Below are positions 30,931-32,000 of a stretch of DNA of 32,000 nt, one piece after another. The notes beneath the pieces are model-generated. The model was not told the origin of the DNA, did no database searches, and was given only the letters and a program-made list of their open reading frames with translations. How positions within the stretch are numbered: the stretch's first letter is position 1; every line of letters starts with the position of its first letter. Source of the DNA: Opitutales bacterium (GTDB lineage: Bacteria; Verrucomicrobiota; Verrucomicrobiia; Opitutales; Coraliomargaritaceae); the NCBI GenBank assembly GCA_049606355.1, contig JBMYVL010000008.1, positions 1 through 32,000 of the forward strand, given 5' to 3'. Both the position numbers and the translations under genes were made by a program.

Positions 30931-30959
30931 TAAAAAATCCTTCCTCGTATGAGGAAGGA
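30931..30959 (-). terminator. Rho-independent terminator (second of two) downstream of rpsR
   Basis: The minus strand reads TCCTTCCTC-ATAC-GAGGAAGGA followed by TTTTTTA (plus-strand A-run 30932-30937). The stem is 9 bp. Confidence 0.7.
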
Positions 30960-30963
30960 CCCG

Positions 30964-30985
30964 TTAAAAATCGCTTCGTAAGCGA
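30964..30985 (-). terminator. Short hairpin plus T5 immediately after the rpsR stop
   Basis: The minus strand reads TCGCTT-ACG-AAGCGA followed by TTTTTAAC. The stem is 6 bp and begins 2 nt after the stop codon. Confidence 0.45.
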
Positions 30986-30987
30986 AC

Positions 30988-31185
30988 TTACTTCATCGTC
31001 AGCATGTTGCGCGCACGCTTGATTAAGTTCGTGACGCGGCGCTGGTGCTTGGCAGATAAGCCCGTATCTTTGCGTGGCAGGATCTTGCCCGTCTCAGTCA
31101 CAAAGCGCGAAAGCTGGTCCACATCCATGTAAGTAAAGTCCATGGGATTGCGAGAGCGATTGGGTGTCTTGGATTCAGTGCTCAT
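30988..31185 (-). CDS. rpsR: 30S ribosomal protein S18
   Basis: 65 aa from ATG (cat at 31183-31185): ...[42 protein letters not shown], which is the S18 core. It stands alone: no rpsF, ssb or rplI gene is adjacent. Confidence 0.9.
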   Translation of the reverse strand: MSTESKTPNRSRNPMDFTYMDVDQLSRFVTETGKILPRKDTGLSAKHQRRVTNLIKRARNMLTMK

Positions 31186-31300
31186 AATAGAAACGCGGAA
31201 AAGTAGGCGTTTGTAAGTCCAGTGCAAGGAAAATTTATAGCCCCATCACTTAAATCCAAACTTGTCGGTCGATCCCTGACAGCTAGCTTGAACCCATTGG

Positions 31301-31376
<76 letters not shown>

Positions 31377-31453
31377 AGTGGCCACTCTAATTGCACGCTC
31401 GCCCGCAAAAATCCTTTTGCAACTCTGTACTTGTGCCCTTGTCATGGCAGCGA

Positions 31454-32000
31454 ATGTGGAATTTGTTTAGTCAGTATCGAGCCTATTCGATAAGGTGCCT
31501 GTTTGCTCTTGTGGTGCCGTTTGTGCATCCTGTTGCTGTGGTGGCACAGGCGCCGTTACTCACCGATGCCACGCAAGAGAGTGGTATTGAGGCAGGCGTC
31601 TTGGATGATTGGAAGCGTCGGGCAGCCGAGCAAGCTTTGCACGTTGGCATGCCCAGTATCGCGGAGCAAATTTACCGCGAATTGTTGACCGCAGGCGATC
31701 GCACCGAGGTTCAGCTCGCAGAGCTCCACGTCCAGCTGGCGGCAGCCTATATTGCACAACAGCGTTTCGACGCTGCTCTAGCAGCGCTTCGGGAAGTGCC
31801 ACACGATCAACAACGGTCGGTCTTCTGGTTGTATGCGTCGGTAGCTCAGTATGGATACGGTCTGGAGGTCGATTATGGAGCACTTCGCGCCGCACTTGCG
31901 AAAGTCAACCAGGTCGAGCTGCTGCCGACCGATCGTCCATGGTATTTTCTGATGGAGGGACTCGTTGAAGAGGGTAGCGCTGGCCAACCCGCTGCGATTG
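31454..32000 (+). CDS. Secreted helical-repeat (TPR-like) protein, N-terminal fragment running off the window
   Basis: This frame is absent from the ORF track because it has no stop in the window. My own translation from ATG 31454 is MWNLFSQYRAYSIRCLFALVVPFVHPVAVVAQAPLLTDATQESGIEAGVLDDWKRRAAEQALHVGMPSIAEQIYRELLTAGDRTEVQLAELHVQLAAAYIAQQRFDAALAALREVP... It is signal-peptide-like and then TPR-like. The frame stays open to 32000, and the upstream in-frame stop is at 31388. Confidence 0.6.
   Translation, partial: MWNLFSQYRAYSIRCLFALVVPFVHPVAVVAQAPLLTDATQESGIEAGVLDDWKRRAAEQALHVGMPSIAEQIYRELLTAGDRTEVQLAELHVQLAAAYIAQQRFDAALAALREVPHDQQRSVFWLYASVAQYGYGLEVDYGALRAALAKVNQVELLPTDRPWYFLMEGLVEEGSAGQPAAI

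Overview
This window looks like core chromosome from a Gram-negative, PEP-CTERM/exosortase-bearing bacterium. The style fits Verrucomicrobiota, but that is only a guess. I call about 30 genes. Most are housekeeping: a queC-queD-queE operon on the minus strand; a nusA-infB-rbfA-nrnA-truB-ribF-rluD-family run; ppx/gppA; obg; dnaE; hisC; a CorC/CNNM transporter; tsaC/sua5; rpsR; and tRNA-Arg(CCT). Many ORF-track entries carry false N-terminal extensions, so I re-set those starts to family-typical N-termini and checked each start codon in the sequence. I saw no CRISPR array, transposase, integrase, phage gene or recognisable defence gene. The non-housekeeping content is a scattered PEP-CTERM/exosortase/polysaccharide-export theme. 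(1) A PEP-CTERM cargo tail sits at the left edge. (2) A 315-aa exosortase-family membrane protein lies 28 nt downstream of dnaE and converges on a stand-alone Aas-type acyl-activating enzyme. (3) A lower-G+C block holds a TPR membrane protein divergent from an export-only operon of beta-barrel OMP, short Wza-like OPX and Wzc-like PCP/BY-kinase. The kinase has an unusual Gly/Ser/Tyr low-complexity N-terminal tail. I cannot claim a demonstrably new system from sequence alone. The exosortase/acyl-ligase pairing and the atypical Wzc are the best leads. Smaller observations include a candidate nusA leader attenuator, terminator-like hairpins butting against start codons, and an open frame at the right edge that is missing from the ORF track.
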